Positions 38,226-47,591 of a DNA stretch of 64,000 nucleotides are shown here, piece after piece. This DNA comes from Candidatus Woesearchaeota archaeon (GTDB lineage: Archaea > Nanobdellota > Nanobdellia > Pacearchaeales > GW2011-AR1): assembly GCA_964530945.1 (NCBI GenBank), contig CAZHCJ010000002.1, positions 14,899 to 78,898 on the forward strand, written 5' to 3'. How positions within the stretch are numbered: position 1 is the stretch's first letter; each line of letters begins with the position of its first letter. Position numbers and translations under genes: made by a program. Below the pieces are notes generated by a model. The model had not been told where the DNA came from. It did no database searches and was given only the letters and a program-made list of their open reading frames with translations.

Positions 38226-39437
38226 TTATTCTATATCCACGCCTTTTTCCGCTTTGTAGATATTTAAACCCCAGTTATTACTCATTTCGTGAAAATTTTC
38301 TAAGTAAGTGTCGAACGAATAGCTATTTCTTCTTTCAAAATCTTCTTTTGCTTTTGTCAGTGTCTCGGGATTTTCTATTGAATTCTTCCAATTGGTGACA
38401 TCTCTTAGATATCTCCATGTCAATCCTTTTCCGACTTTTCCTGGGGCCCGGTAATATTCTACTCCGTAATCCCAACTTCCATGAATTCTTTCTCCTTCAG
38501 AAACAATTCTTCCGGCTACATCCAAAACCTTTATTAAGTGAGCTCTGTCATCATATTCTTGCGCACATACAGGGTCATAGTCACATTCTTCCAACATTTC
38601 TTTAATTTCTTTTCCGTGTGTGAAATCACTTGCACTTGTGGAATTTCCAAGAATTGTCATTCCCCATTGCTCTGCAGTAGTTCCTTGAACATGGACAACT
38701 CCCAATCCACCATCATTGCTCGCATTTGGCTGAACAGGATCTCCATAACTCTCTTGCATAATCATTCCTGCCAAAGTGTTTTCTGGTATTCCGTATGCTT
38801 CTTCAACAGCATGATAAATAGGTTGCCATCTTAGCGTTCTTTGAATTCTCCCTATTGTTGAGTTTTTTTCTGCAAGTCTTGTTCCTGAAAAATCGTGCTC
38901 AACTAAAGGTTCATATCCTAATCTTTCATATAAAGAACCTTCCTGTCCGTGAGGTGTGGCTGGTCTTGAAGTTGCTTCCGATGCAGTTTCATCAGATTGT
39001 TCAATCATTTGCTCTTGTGTAAAATCACTAATGACCTGGTTTGCGTAAGGTTTTAGTTGGCTTCCACTAAAGGCAAGTCCTGAAACCAATGCTCCTGTTT
39101 TCAGCCAAGATAAAGGTCTGATTTCTTCAACTTTTGAATTAATTTTACCTACAAAATTCTTAACTTTGGTGAGTTTTTCTTTATTCAATACCATATAATC
39201 GGTGACACCCAATGCAGCACCTGTTCCCAACATAATGAGTGCATTTGTAGGATCAGAATATTCTGATTTATCTATCAAATCCGTTGTAGCAAGTATTGCG
39301 CCTCCATTTACGGCACCAAAGGCTAGTATTTTATCTAAGCCATTCCCAATTTTCTGCTTACCAGTATCTAACGCCCTTGCAGCACTTTCAATAGTTTCTG
39401 TTATTGTCATTTTCAATAAAAAATGATGAAAAAACAT
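38226..39437 (-). CDS. lytic transglycosylase-like (SLT/lysozyme-like domain) protein with N-terminal hydrophobic region
   Basis: ENTLAGMIMQESYGDP...SNDGGLGVVHVQGTTA resembles the SLT catalytic E-S...GLMQ core; the sequence as printed around 39415-39425 appears one A short of what both overlapping track ORFs imply, so the exact start is uncertain. Confidence 0.5.
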   Translation of the reverse strand: MFFHHFLLKMTITETIESAARALDTGKQKIGNGLDKILAFGAVNGGAILATTDLIDKSEYSDPTNALIMLGTGAALGVTDYMVLNKEKLTKVKNFVGKINSKVEEIRPLSWLKTGALVSGLAFSGSQLKPYANQVISDFTQEQMIEQSDETASEATSRPATPHGQEGSLYERLGYEPLVEHDFSGTRLAEKNSTIGRIQRTLRWQPIYHAVEEAYGIPENTLAGMIMQESYGDPVQPNASNDGGLGVVHVQGTTAEQWGMTILGNSTSASDFTHGKEIKEMLEECDYDPVCAQEYDDRAHLIKVLDVAGRIVSEGERIHGSWDYGVEYYRAPGKVGKGLTWRYLRDVTNWKNSIENPETLTKAKEDFERRNSYSFDTYLENFHEMSNNWGLNIYKAEKGVDIE

Positions 39438-39487
39438 ATTTAAAAACCTTTCTATTGTAGTTATTTGATAGAAGTAACAATATGCTT

Positions 39488-40252
39488 CTAACCTGTTTTT
39501 GAAAGTGCTAAATTGAATTCTTCTTGCGAAATGAAACCATATTCATGCAAAAGCCACAACCTTCTTCTAATTTTTGAGTTGTTTGGATGATGGAGCTCAA
39601 GTATGTTGGTGTTTAATTCAGAATTTATTCCAACTTTCAAAGAATAAACATATCTGTTTGTTTCTGCAATATCTTCTTCGAGATTAGATCCTGCAAGAAC
39701 AGATACAAGTCCTTCCCGTATTAAATCTTCTCTCTTATTTCTATAATCTCCATATTTTGTGCCTATTGAATTCCATTCTTCTATGAGTTTTAAGCGTTTT
39801 CTATAAGGCATCTTTCTGAATGCTACATGCCCCCCAATTTCGTGGACCATTACACCTCCATCGGGAGAATAGATTTCAACTATAAAACCAGGTTTCAAAA
39901 AATAATTATCTCTTGAAGGATGATCTTTTGGAGCAAAATATGTTTTTCCCAGCGCTCTAGTATTCCCAAACATCCCTTGGGTGACAGACTTTTCACCAAT
40001 TCCAAAACCTCTGATTTGACTTATGTGTGAATCAAAAGTGTCCCAGTTTTCTTTGGCCTGGGAGTAGGCCTGAGAAAGAACATTTCTATACTTTCTTATT
40101 TCTTCTTCAGATAAATTTTCAGAGATGAAAATTTCTTCAGGAATGAAATAAGTGATGTTTTCATTAGATGTATTGCTTGAGAGATTTAGTGTGCTTCCTA
40201 AACTAAGTAAACCCACTAAACCCAAGGCTAATGATTTTTTTATTTTTTTCAT
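39488..40252 (-). CDS. secreted putative zinc metallopeptidase (HEIGGH)
   Basis: Signal peptide LALGLVGLLSLGS; MVHEIGGHVAF HExxH motif. Confidence 0.5.
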   Translation of the reverse strand: MKKIKKSLALGLVGLLSLGSTLNLSSNTSNENITYFIPEEIFISENLSEEEIRKYRNVLSQAYSQAKENWDTFDSHISQIRGFGIGEKSVTQGMFGNTRALGKTYFAPKDHPSRDNYFLKPGFIVEIYSPDGGVMVHEIGGHVAFRKMPYRKRLKLIEEWNSIGTKYGDYRNKREDLIREGLVSVLAGSNLEEDIAETNRYVYSLKVGINSELNTNILELHHPNNSKIRRRLWLLHEYGFISQEEFNLALSKTG

Positions 40253-40343
40253 AAAGAATTATTCAAAGCGTTACTTATAATTTTTTATTTAAAAAATTGT
40301 AATAATAAAAAAGAAAGAGAAAGCCTAAGGCTTTCTTTAAGAA

Positions 40344-40712
40344 TTATTTCTTCTTTTTGTGCTTACTCTTCATTACATTCCAACCAGCAATTAAGCTATA
40401 GCCAGAGATTGCCACTAAGTGCAATAGGAATGAAGACCATCTGCCCCAGTTAAACGCAAATGCGGCGACCAATAATATAATCATTGGCGGTATTACAGTA
40501 TACTTAAGCTTGTAGTTTGCAAGTATTGCAATTCCGAATACTATTTCAGACAAGATTAAAATCCATGCCCAGAATCCGGGTGCCCATGCGAACAAAGCTA
40601 TTCCAGAAAGCATTCCTGTAACTCCTGCTACTCCTGTAGAGAATAACTTAAGCAAGCCAGGTACTAGCATTAGCAAACCAAGTAACCATCTGTTGATTGT
40701 CTTTAAATCCAT
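40344..40712 (-). CDS. DoxX-family small membrane protein
   Basis: 4 TM, DoxX-like N-terminal LLGLLMLVPGLLKLFS. Confidence 0.5.
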   Translation of the reverse strand: MDLKTINRWLLGLLMLVPGLLKLFSTGVAGVTGMLSGIALFAWAPGFWAWILILSEIVFGIAILANYKLKYTVIPPMIILLVAAFAFNWGRWSSFLLHLVAISGYSLIAGWNVMKSKHKKKK

Positions 40713-40850
40713 TCTACCTCCCTAGATTTATTTAAACTTCAAATATTAAGATGTTTTTAAATCTTAAGTTTTTGAAAAACATTATAAACTAAATTTTCTT
40801 TTTTTAAATATGAAAAAGAGATTGCGCATACGCTTTGCGGGGAACTGAAT

Positions 40851-41393
40851 ATGAAAAAGAGAGAGATCAAAAGAAGAGCTTTAGAAAGACGCTATCTTCC
40901 TGAATTTGTTTATGGAGGTATTGACGGTGCAGTCACGACATTTGCAATAGTCTCTGGAGTGGTCGGAGCTGCCCTAAGTCCTGTAATTGTTTTAATTCTT
41001 GGCTTTGCTAATTTATTCGCAGACGGTTTTTCAATGGCTATTTCAAATTATCTTTCTGTTAAATCAAAGAATGATTTGATTCGCATGAAAGGGAAGAAAA
41101 TAAATGCAAAAAAGACATCGATAGCGACGTTTTTTGCATTCTTATTGATAGGTTTCATTCCGTTGTTTTCCTTTGTTGTTGCTAGTTTAACTCAAAACAA
41201 ATATTTAATCGAAACGCAATTCCGAAACTCTTTTATACTTACAGGAATTGCACTAGTCATAGTGGGCTGGTTTAAAGGAGAGGTTTCAGGAAAATCTAAA
41301 ACGCGCTCGGCTTTGCAAACGCTTTTGATTGGCGGAGTTGCGGCAGCGTTGGCGTTTTTTGTGGGATGGTTAATTAAATCTCTTATAGGATAA
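40851..41393 (+). CDS. VIT1/CCC1-family (DUF125) iron/manganese transporter-like membrane protein
   Basis: GGIDGAVTTFAIVSGV signature. Confidence 0.65.
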   Translation: MKKREIKRRALERRYLPEFVYGGIDGAVTTFAIVSGVVGAALSPVIVLILGFANLFADGFSMAISNYLSVKSKNDLIRMKGKKINAKKTSIATFFAFLLIGFIPLFSFVVASLTQNKYLIETQFRNSFILTGIALVIVGWFKGEVSGKSKTRSALQTLLIGGVAAALAFFVGWLIKSLIG

Positions 41394-41420
41394 ATAAAAT
41401 GAGAAAATCAAATAAATAAA

Positions 41421-41651
41421 ATGAGTGTAAAAATTTATTCCACACCCACATGTCCTTGGTGCAACAAAGCCAAAGAGTTTTTTAAAGAAAACGATATAGA
41501 TTTTGAAAATATTGATGTAAGCAAAAATAGAAAAGCTGCACAAGAAATGGTTCAAAAATCAGGACAAATGGGTGTCCCGGTTATAGAAATTAATGATAAT
41601 GTAATCGTTGGTTTTAACGAACCGGAAATTAAAAAAGCATTAGATCTTTGA
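41421..41651 (+). CDS. glutaredoxin-like protein (NrdH/Grx, CPWC)
   Basis: VKIYSTPTCPWCNKAKEF ... GVPVIEIN. Confidence 0.7.
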   Translation: MSVKIYSTPTCPWCNKAKEFFKENDIDFENIDVSKNRKAAQEMVQKSGQMGVPVIEINDNVIVGFNEPEIKKALDL

Positions 41652-41658
41652 ATTAATA

Positions 41659-42624
41659 ATGATTGAAGAAAAATTTGATTTAATCGTTCTAGGTGGAGGC
41701 GGAAGTGGTTTAGCTGGAGCCATGTATGCTGCACGTTTGAATCTTAATGTTTTGGTATTGGGGCATACTCATGGAACAGAACTCCCAATCGGAGGGGTTA
41801 TAACGACCACACATGTGGTAGAAAATTATCCCGGATTTAAGAAACTTTCAGGACCCGAATTGGCAAAAAAATTAGAAGAACATGCTCGCGCGTATGATGA
41901 AGTTACAATTAAGACGGAGAAAGCAGAAAGTGTTGAAAAACAAAACAAAAAGTTTGTGGTTAAAACAAGCAAAGGAGAGTATGAAGGCAAAACCTTACTT
42001 TTTGCTACCGGAACAAAATGGAGAAAACTTCCTGAAAGTGTTGGGGGCAGTCGCGAATTTGAGAATCGTGGCATTTCTTATTGTGCTTTGTGCGACGGAC
42101 CTTTGTACAAAGGAAAAACAATTGCAGTGATTGGAGGTTCGGATAGTGCAGCAAAAGATGCTTTGCTTTTGAGTGAACATGCTAAAAAGGTTTATATTAT
42201 TTATCGTGGAGAAAGCATTCATCCAGAGCCAATAAACTTAGAACGTGTTGAAAAAAACAAAAAGATTGAAGTGATTAACAATACAAATATTGTTGAGATT
42301 AAAGGAAATGATATGGTTCAAAGTGTGGCTTTAGATAAAGCCCACAAAGGTTCAAAAGAACTTAAACTTGATGGTGTTTTTGTGGCTATTGGACACATTG
42401 CACTTTCTGATTTGGCGAAGCCTTTAGGTGTTAAATTGAACAAAAAAGGAGAGATTGTGATTAATCATATGACTTCTGAAACTAATGTTCCTGGAGTGTT
42501 TGCTGCAGGGGATGTTACAGATAAACATTTCAAACAACTTATTACAGGTGTGGCAGATGCTTGCACTGCTGCGCACAGTGCTTACGAACATATGATGAAT
42601 GAAGAAGTAAAGACAGGACAATAA
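41659..42624 (+). CDS. trxB: thioredoxin reductase
   Basis: FAD site LIVLGGGGSGLAGAMYAA, redox CALCDG, NADPH site VIGGSDSAAKDALLL, GVFAAGDV. Confidence 0.85.
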   Translation: MIEEKFDLIVLGGGGSGLAGAMYAARLNLNVLVLGHTHGTELPIGGVITTTHVVENYPGFKKLSGPELAKKLEEHARAYDEVTIKTEKAESVEKQNKKFVVKTSKGEYEGKTLLFATGTKWRKLPESVGGSREFENRGISYCALCDGPLYKGKTIAVIGGSDSAAKDALLLSEHAKKVYIIYRGESIHPEPINLERVEKNKKIEVINNTNIVEIKGNDMVQSVALDKAHKGSKELKLDGVFVAIGHIALSDLAKPLGVKLNKKGEIVINHMTSETNVPGVFAAGDVTDKHFKQLITGVADACTAAHSAYEHMMNEEVKTGQ

Positions 42625-42687
42625 TGTTACTTCTCTTGAATTAATACAAATAGAAAGATTTATAAAGTTATTTTCATCACTCTTTTT

Positions 42688-43227
42688 ATGGAAGAAGAGT
42701 TTAGAAGAGTAAGAGAATCTATAAGAGCACTTGAAAGATCTTGTAAGCGGGAGCTTGGAGATGCTACTCGGAGAGTGAATGAACTCGAAGGAAATACTTA
42801 CCAACACGGAAGAAGAGTTGAAGGTGCTTATGATAAAGGAATGCGTGCTGGGAGAAGTGAGAGCTACCAAAATGTTTATGATTCACTAGACACATTTTTC
42901 AGAGGCGAGGGAGAAGTTTATGTTATGGAAGCTCATAATCCAGAAGAATGGAACGGAGATTTTAATCTAAGACCTCTTTCAAGTGGCGAGGTAGAATCTA
43001 TTTATACAAAAGTTTCGGATTTGCCGAAAATCCAAAGTCGCGCAGTAAGAAGTTTAGAACATGAAGGAGTCACGAGATTAGGGCAGGTTGCATTAAGAAC
43101 AGAAGAACAACTTTTGAATGTGGACAATTTTGGAGTCAAATCTCTTGAATTTTTTAGGCAGGCTTTAGCAGAAAGAGGCTTGCGTTTTGGAATGGACTTA
43201 TTGGGGTATGTGCCTTCTACTGAGTAA
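42688..43227 (+). CDS. protein with C-terminal helix-hairpin-helix domain resembling the bacterial RNA polymerase alpha C-terminal domain; Arg-rich, elevated GC
   Basis: VRSLEHEGVTRLGQVALRTEEQLLNVDNFGVKSLEFFRQALAERGL follows the alphaCTD pattern (..v..L.......LL...N.G.KSL.EI...L...GL); local GC is visibly higher than neighbours. Confidence 0.4.
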   Translation: MEEEFRRVRESIRALERSCKRELGDATRRVNELEGNTYQHGRRVEGAYDKGMRAGRSESYQNVYDSLDTFFRGEGEVYVMEAHNPEEWNGDFNLRPLSSGEVESIYTKVSDLPKIQSRAVRSLEHEGVTRLGQVALRTEEQLLNVDNFGVKSLEFFRQALAERGLRFGMDLLGYVPSTE

Positions 43228-43273
43228 ACCAAAACTCTTTTAACTGGAATTCTTTCTAGATAATTAACTTAAA

Positions 43274-43531
43274 ATGGCAAAGATGACAAACACTCGTGGT
43301 AAAACAATAAAGCTGGAAGATGGAGAAAAGGTCAGAGATGCGGCTGAAAAGTTAGGAGTTAAATTCTCGTGTAGGAATGGGCTTTGCGGCACGTGTATGA
43401 CTGATGTTGTTGAAGGTCAAGAAAATCTTTCTGAGTTGACGGAGCAAGAAAAAGTGTTCCATTTGGATAAAGAAATGAGACTTATGTGCCGGTGTAAAAT
43501 TAAATCTGGAGATGTGAAAATAAAACCTTAA
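43274..43531 (+). CDS. plant-type [2Fe-2S] ferredoxin-like small protein
   Basis: CRNGLCGTC...(30 aa)...C = C-x4-C-x2-C-x30-C; stop overlaps or abuts the dph2 start. Confidence 0.7.
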   Translation: MAKMTNTRGKTIKLEDGEKVRDAAEKLGVKFSCRNGLCGTCMTDVVEGQENLSELTEQEKVFHLDKEMRLMCRCKIKSGDVKIKP

Positions 43532-43532
43532 A

Positions 43533-44525
43533 ATGACACTAAACTTCGAAAAAGAAAAACTCGTTCGTGAACTGAAGAAACGCAAACCGAAAAAGGTTTT
43601 AGTTCAGCTTGCTGAAGGGATAAAACAAAACGCTGTTGAACTTTCTGAAACGATGCACGAGGCTGTGCCTGGGTTGGAAATTATATTTTCTGGAGAGACG
43701 TGTTGGGGTGCTTGCTCTGTAAGTGTGCAAGAGGCAGAATACTTCAATGTGGATCTAATTGTTCATTTTGGACACGCGCGTTTTATTGACATTGATTTTC
43801 CTATTTTATATATTGAAGTTCAAGATGAACTTAACTTAGAACCATTAATGAAACGTTCCTTGAAAGAGCTGGAAAAATTTGAAGTTATTGGACTTAGTTA
43901 TTCTATTCAGCATAGACACGATTTAGAAAAAATGAAAAAGTTTTATGAATCTCAAGGCAAGAAAGTTGTTCTTTCTGAAAAAATAGGGAATGTTGACTAT
44001 GAGGGACACATAGTGGGATGCCAATATGAAGGTCTTAAGGCAATACAAGAAAAGGTTGATGTGTTTTTAATTTTTGGAAACCAGTTTCATTCTATGGGAG
44101 CATCTTTAGCGGTTGAAAAACCTGTTGTGCTTGTGGATGTTTATAACGACTCTGTAAGAAGCATGAAAGGTTTGCGCGACAAAATACTTAAGCAACGTGC
44201 AATATCCATTGACAAACTTAAGAATGCTAAAAAGGTAGGGATAATTGTCGAGATAAAACCAGGACAGCAGTTTGGTTCAGCAAAGTATCTTTTGAAAGAA
44301 ATGAAAAAAACAGGAAAAGAAGCCGTTGTTATCACGATGAATGAACTTACTCCGGAGAAACTTATGAATTTTTATAATATTGATGCTTTCGTGGAATTAG
44401 CTTGTCCTCGCATAGCTGTGGACGACTTTTTCAAGTATGAAAAACCAATTTTAACATTTAAAGAAGCACTTATTGCTCTTGGCTTGATGTCTTGGGAAGA
44501 AGGCTTGAAAACTGGTTTGGTCTGA
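43533..44525 (+). CDS. dph2: diphthamide biosynthesis enzyme Dph2 (2-(3-amino-3-carboxypropyl)histidine synthase)
   Basis: VLVQLAEGIK...IIFSGETCWGACSVSVQEA...DLIVHFGHA, three-domain Dph2 layout, 330 aa. Confidence 0.85.
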   Translation: MTLNFEKEKLVRELKKRKPKKVLVQLAEGIKQNAVELSETMHEAVPGLEIIFSGETCWGACSVSVQEAEYFNVDLIVHFGHARFIDIDFPILYIEVQDELNLEPLMKRSLKELEKFEVIGLSYSIQHRHDLEKMKKFYESQGKKVVLSEKIGNVDYEGHIVGCQYEGLKAIQEKVDVFLIFGNQFHSMGASLAVEKPVVLVDVYNDSVRSMKGLRDKILKQRAISIDKLKNAKKVGIIVEIKPGQQFGSAKYLLKEMKKTGKEAVVITMNELTPEKLMNFYNIDAFVELACPRIAVDDFFKYEKPILTFKEALIALGLMSWEEGLKTGLV

Positions 44526-44584
44526 TAGAAAAGTATTTAAATTAGGATTCTTATATAATTTATAATAGTTATAAATATTATAAA

Positions 44585-44797
44585 ATGGAAAAAACAACAA
44601 TTGCTATAAGTAAAGATTTGAAAAAGAAAATTGCAACATTTGGAAATGCTGGAGAAAGTTATTCTGAGGTGCTCGAAAGAATCTATGATGCTGCAGTAAA
44701 AACTCAAATAAGAGAATTGTTGTTAAATGAAGAAGGATTTATTTCTTTAAATGATTTTGAAAAAGAGGTTGAAAAGAAATGGCCAAGGTCGAAATAA
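44585..44797 (+). CDS. antitoxin-like small protein (same family as 17695 and 60587)
   Basis: MEKTTIAISKDLKKKIATFGNAGESYSEVLERIYD. Confidence 0.5.
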   Translation: MEKTTIAISKDLKKKIATFGNAGESYSEVLERIYDAAVKTQIRELLLNEEGFISLNDFEKEVEKKWPRSK

Positions 44798-45117
44798 TCG
44801 ACTCATTGGCAAGAGAGATTAAAAAGAGATTCAAAGGAGAATCCCACGAAATCATTAAATTATTAAGAAGTCTGGAAAAGAATCCAAAGAAAGGAAGATC
44901 TTTGGGAAACGTTGGGGGAATTGTGATAAAGGAGATAAGATACAAAAAGTATAGATTTTATTTTGTTACGGATGGATATAAAATTAAGGTTTATGGTATA
45001 TCAGAATTGAAAGATTTATTGATTAGGTTTGTTAGAATGTCAGATAAAAAAGCACAGCAGAAAACTATAAATGAGATAAGAAATATCTTAAGAAGTTTTG
45101 GAAGCGAAGGGTTTTGA
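44779..45117 (+). CDS. RelE/ParE-like toxin
   Basis: ...GIVIKEIRYKKYRFYFVTDGYKIKVYGI; overlaps the upstream antitoxin by 19 nt. Confidence 0.45.
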   Translation: MAKVEIIDSLAREIKKRFKGESHEIIKLLRSLEKNPKKGRSLGNVGGIVIKEIRYKKYRFYFVTDGYKIKVYGISELKDLLIRFVRMSDKKAQQKTINEIRNILRSFGSEGF

Positions 45118-45195
45118 AAACCGGTTTGATTTGATTTTATGCTTGTTAAAGGGGAATATTTAAAAGATATACTCTACTCTTAATAAAGAATAAAA

Positions 45196-47205
45196 ATGAG
45201 GTTAAAACAATTTACATTAATTTTTTCAATTACTCTACTTTTGTCTTTTTCTCCGTTTGTTTTGGCGGGAGAAATCAAACCAGATTTATCTGAGATAATT
45301 TCTGAAAAATATATGGGGGAAAAAGTTTCCGTAATTATTATACTTGAAAATTTACCAACCCCTGAAGATATAAGTATTCTCCAATCGGATGGAGCTGACA
45401 TTGAACATCAATATGGTATAATAAATGCTGTCGCTGCACAAATTCCTGTACAGGCCGCAGAAAAGATAGCAGAAAGAAATTTTGTTAAACTGGTTGAGCC
45501 AGATTATAGTGTTAAACTTGTTCTTGATGAAAGCATTCCTCAAATCCAAGCGGATAGGGTTTGGGATTTAGGAGTTAGTGGAAAAGAAATAGATGTTGCA
45601 GTTTTAGATACAGGGATTTATGACGAACATTCTTCTTTAAGTGTTGAAAGAGAAATAGATTACACTGGGGAAGGAACAAATGATTTACATGGTCATGGGA
45701 CGCATGTAGCAGGAATAATAGCTTCTAGCGATTCAACTTATAGGGGTGTTGCTTTTGATTCTGATTTGTTTAATGTAAAAGTTTTAAATAAAGAAGGAAG
45801 TGGTTATGGTTCAGACGTTATTGAAGGAATTGAATGGGCAATTGATAATGGGGCAGAAGTTTTAAGCATGAGTTTTGGGGCAGAAATAGATAATTGTGAT
45901 GGAACGGACGCTCTTTCTATGGCTGTTGATGAGGCAGTAAGTCAGGGCATTGTGGTAGTGGTTGCAGCGGGAAACTCAGGACCTGATGAAGGAACAATAA
46001 CAACACCAGGATGTTCAAAAGGAGCAATTACCGTGGGAGCTGTAGATGGCAACGACAATATTCCAAGTTTTAGCAGTAGAGGTCCAACAGACGATGGAAG
46101 AACAAAACCAGATTTGGTTTCTCCTGGAGTCGCAATAATTTCTACATGGAAAGATAATTCGTTTGAGTCGTTATCAGGAACATCGATGTCAACACCCCAT
46201 GTTTCAGGAATTGTTGCTTTATTGATGGAAGTGAATTCGACTCTTAACCCCTCTGAGATAAAAGAATCACTAAAATCGACTGCTCTTGATTTAGGTTTAG
46301 ATGAGAATACTCAGGGTTCTGGGAGAGCCGATGCTTATGAATCTTATCTATACGTTTTAAATTTCACAAGTAATGATGAATTTAGAGATGATACGAATGA
46401 TACTGAAAATCCTAAAGAAGAAAATGAATCAGATGGAATAAACGAATCGGATGGAACAGAAGAAGCAAAGAATGAAACAGAAGAAGATTCAAGATTTAAT
46501 CCCGGAATAAAACCTGGAAGTATTTTTTACGGCTTAGATAAACTTTTCGAGAGAATAAATTTGGCTTTAACATTTGACCATTTGGAAAAAGCAAAGCTTC
46601 ATGTTGAATATTCTGAAGAAAGATTGGGAGAAGCACAATATTTGATTGAAAAAGGAGATATTGAAAGTGCTCAAACATCCATAGAAGATTATGGAGAAAG
46701 TTTAAACAATTCTATGAGAATATCTAAAATGGCTAAGGGTTTAGGGGAAAATACAACTAGCGTTGATGCACTTGTTGCGGAAGCAACATCTATACATTTG
46801 AAAGTTCTTGGAGAGATATATAATAAAGTTCCAGAACAAGCGAGAAGCAGTATTGAAAAATCAATAGAAAACAGTGCAAGAGGAAGAGAAAATGCAGTTA
46901 ACGCCTTGAGAGAAACAGATAAATCAAAAGAAAGCATACAAGAGGAAATAGAAGAAGAGGGGAGAGAATCTAATATGGGAGAAAATAAAACAAAAGAGTC
47001 TGGAGAGGGTGAAGAAAGTGAAAGAGATGAAATTGATAAATCTTTGGAGGGTCTTGAAGATCCTGCCAAAACGAAGATAAAAGAAATTCAAGAAAAAGTA
47101 ATTTCTGAAAAGGTTTCTTCCAAAAGTAATTCTCTCCCTGCAGAAGATAAAGCCACAGGTTCTAATCCCCCAAGTTCAGCAAATTCCAATAGAGGTGGAC
47201 CTTAA
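45196..47205 (+). CDS. secreted subtilisin-like serine protease (S8) with long acidic Ser/Glu-rich C-terminal extension
   Basis: Signal peptide; catalytic triad contexts VAVLDTGI (D), HGHGTHVAGIIAS (H), GTSMSTPHVSGIVALL (S). Confidence 0.9.
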   Translation: MRLKQFTLIFSITLLLSFSPFVLAGEIKPDLSEIISEKYMGEKVSVIIILENLPTPEDISILQSDGADIEHQYGIINAVAAQIPVQAAEKIAERNFVKLVEPDYSVKLVLDESIPQIQADRVWDLGVSGKEIDVAVLDTGIYDEHSSLSVEREIDYTGEGTNDLHGHGTHVAGIIASSDSTYRGVAFDSDLFNVKVLNKEGSGYGSDVIEGIEWAIDNGAEVLSMSFGAEIDNCDGTDALSMAVDEAVSQGIVVVVAAGNSGPDEGTITTPGCSKGAITVGAVDGNDNIPSFSSRGPTDDGRTKPDLVSPGVAIISTWKDNSFESLSGTSMSTPHVSGIVALLMEVNSTLNPSEIKESLKSTALDLGLDENTQGSGRADAYESYLYVLNFTSNDEFRDDTNDTENPKEENESDGINESDGTEEAKNETEEDSRFNPGIKPGSIFYGLDKLFERINLALTFDHLEKAKLHVEYSEERLGEAQYLIEKGDIESAQTSIEDYGESLNNSMRISKMAKGLGENTTSVDALVAEATSIHLKVLGEIYNKVPEQARSSIEKSIENSARGRENAVNALRETDKSKESIQEEIEEEGRESNMGENKTKESGEGEESERDEIDKSLEGLEDPAKTKIKEIQEKVISEKVSSKSNSLPAEDKATGSNPPSSANSNRGGP

Positions 47206-47269
47206 TCAAACTTCTTATAAAATTACAAAGGATATTTTCACGTATCAAAAAAAGGTTATCACAACATCA

Positions 47270-47420
47270 GGATTTAGAGAAGTTGTTGCGAAGCAAAAAT
47301 ATGGGTGAAAATCGAGCCAAGATGCGAACCTCTAAATCTTTGTTATACGCCCCGAAGAATGAATGATGAGAATGCAGCGTGGAAAAATCCGAAAAATTCT
47401 GAATTAGATAACCGAACGTA
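47270..47420. ncRNA. candidate structured RNA / C-D box-like element in a 360-nt intergenic region
   Basis: 9-bp inverted repeat GATTTAGAG...CTCTAAATC, then AATGATGAG (RUGAUGA-like) and CTGA 30 nt downstream; track ORF 47305-47490 judged non-coding. Confidence 0.2.
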
Positions 47421-47591
47421 CCTAAGAATTCAATGGATGTTTCAGTATTTTTGGATGAGAAATATACTTAATTCTTTACATAATTTTTGAGAAATAAATG
47501 TTGTCCTCGAGAACCAAAACCTTAATAAACGTCTCTTTATCTCTATAAATACTTCTTAATCAATCTTAAATTGAGTGAAAGGAGGTTAAAA

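Noticed and set aside
47305-47490. 61-aa track ORF in the protease-dsbA intergenic region
   Set aside because: Atypical composition, no SD, and it overlaps inverted repeats; more likely non-coding.
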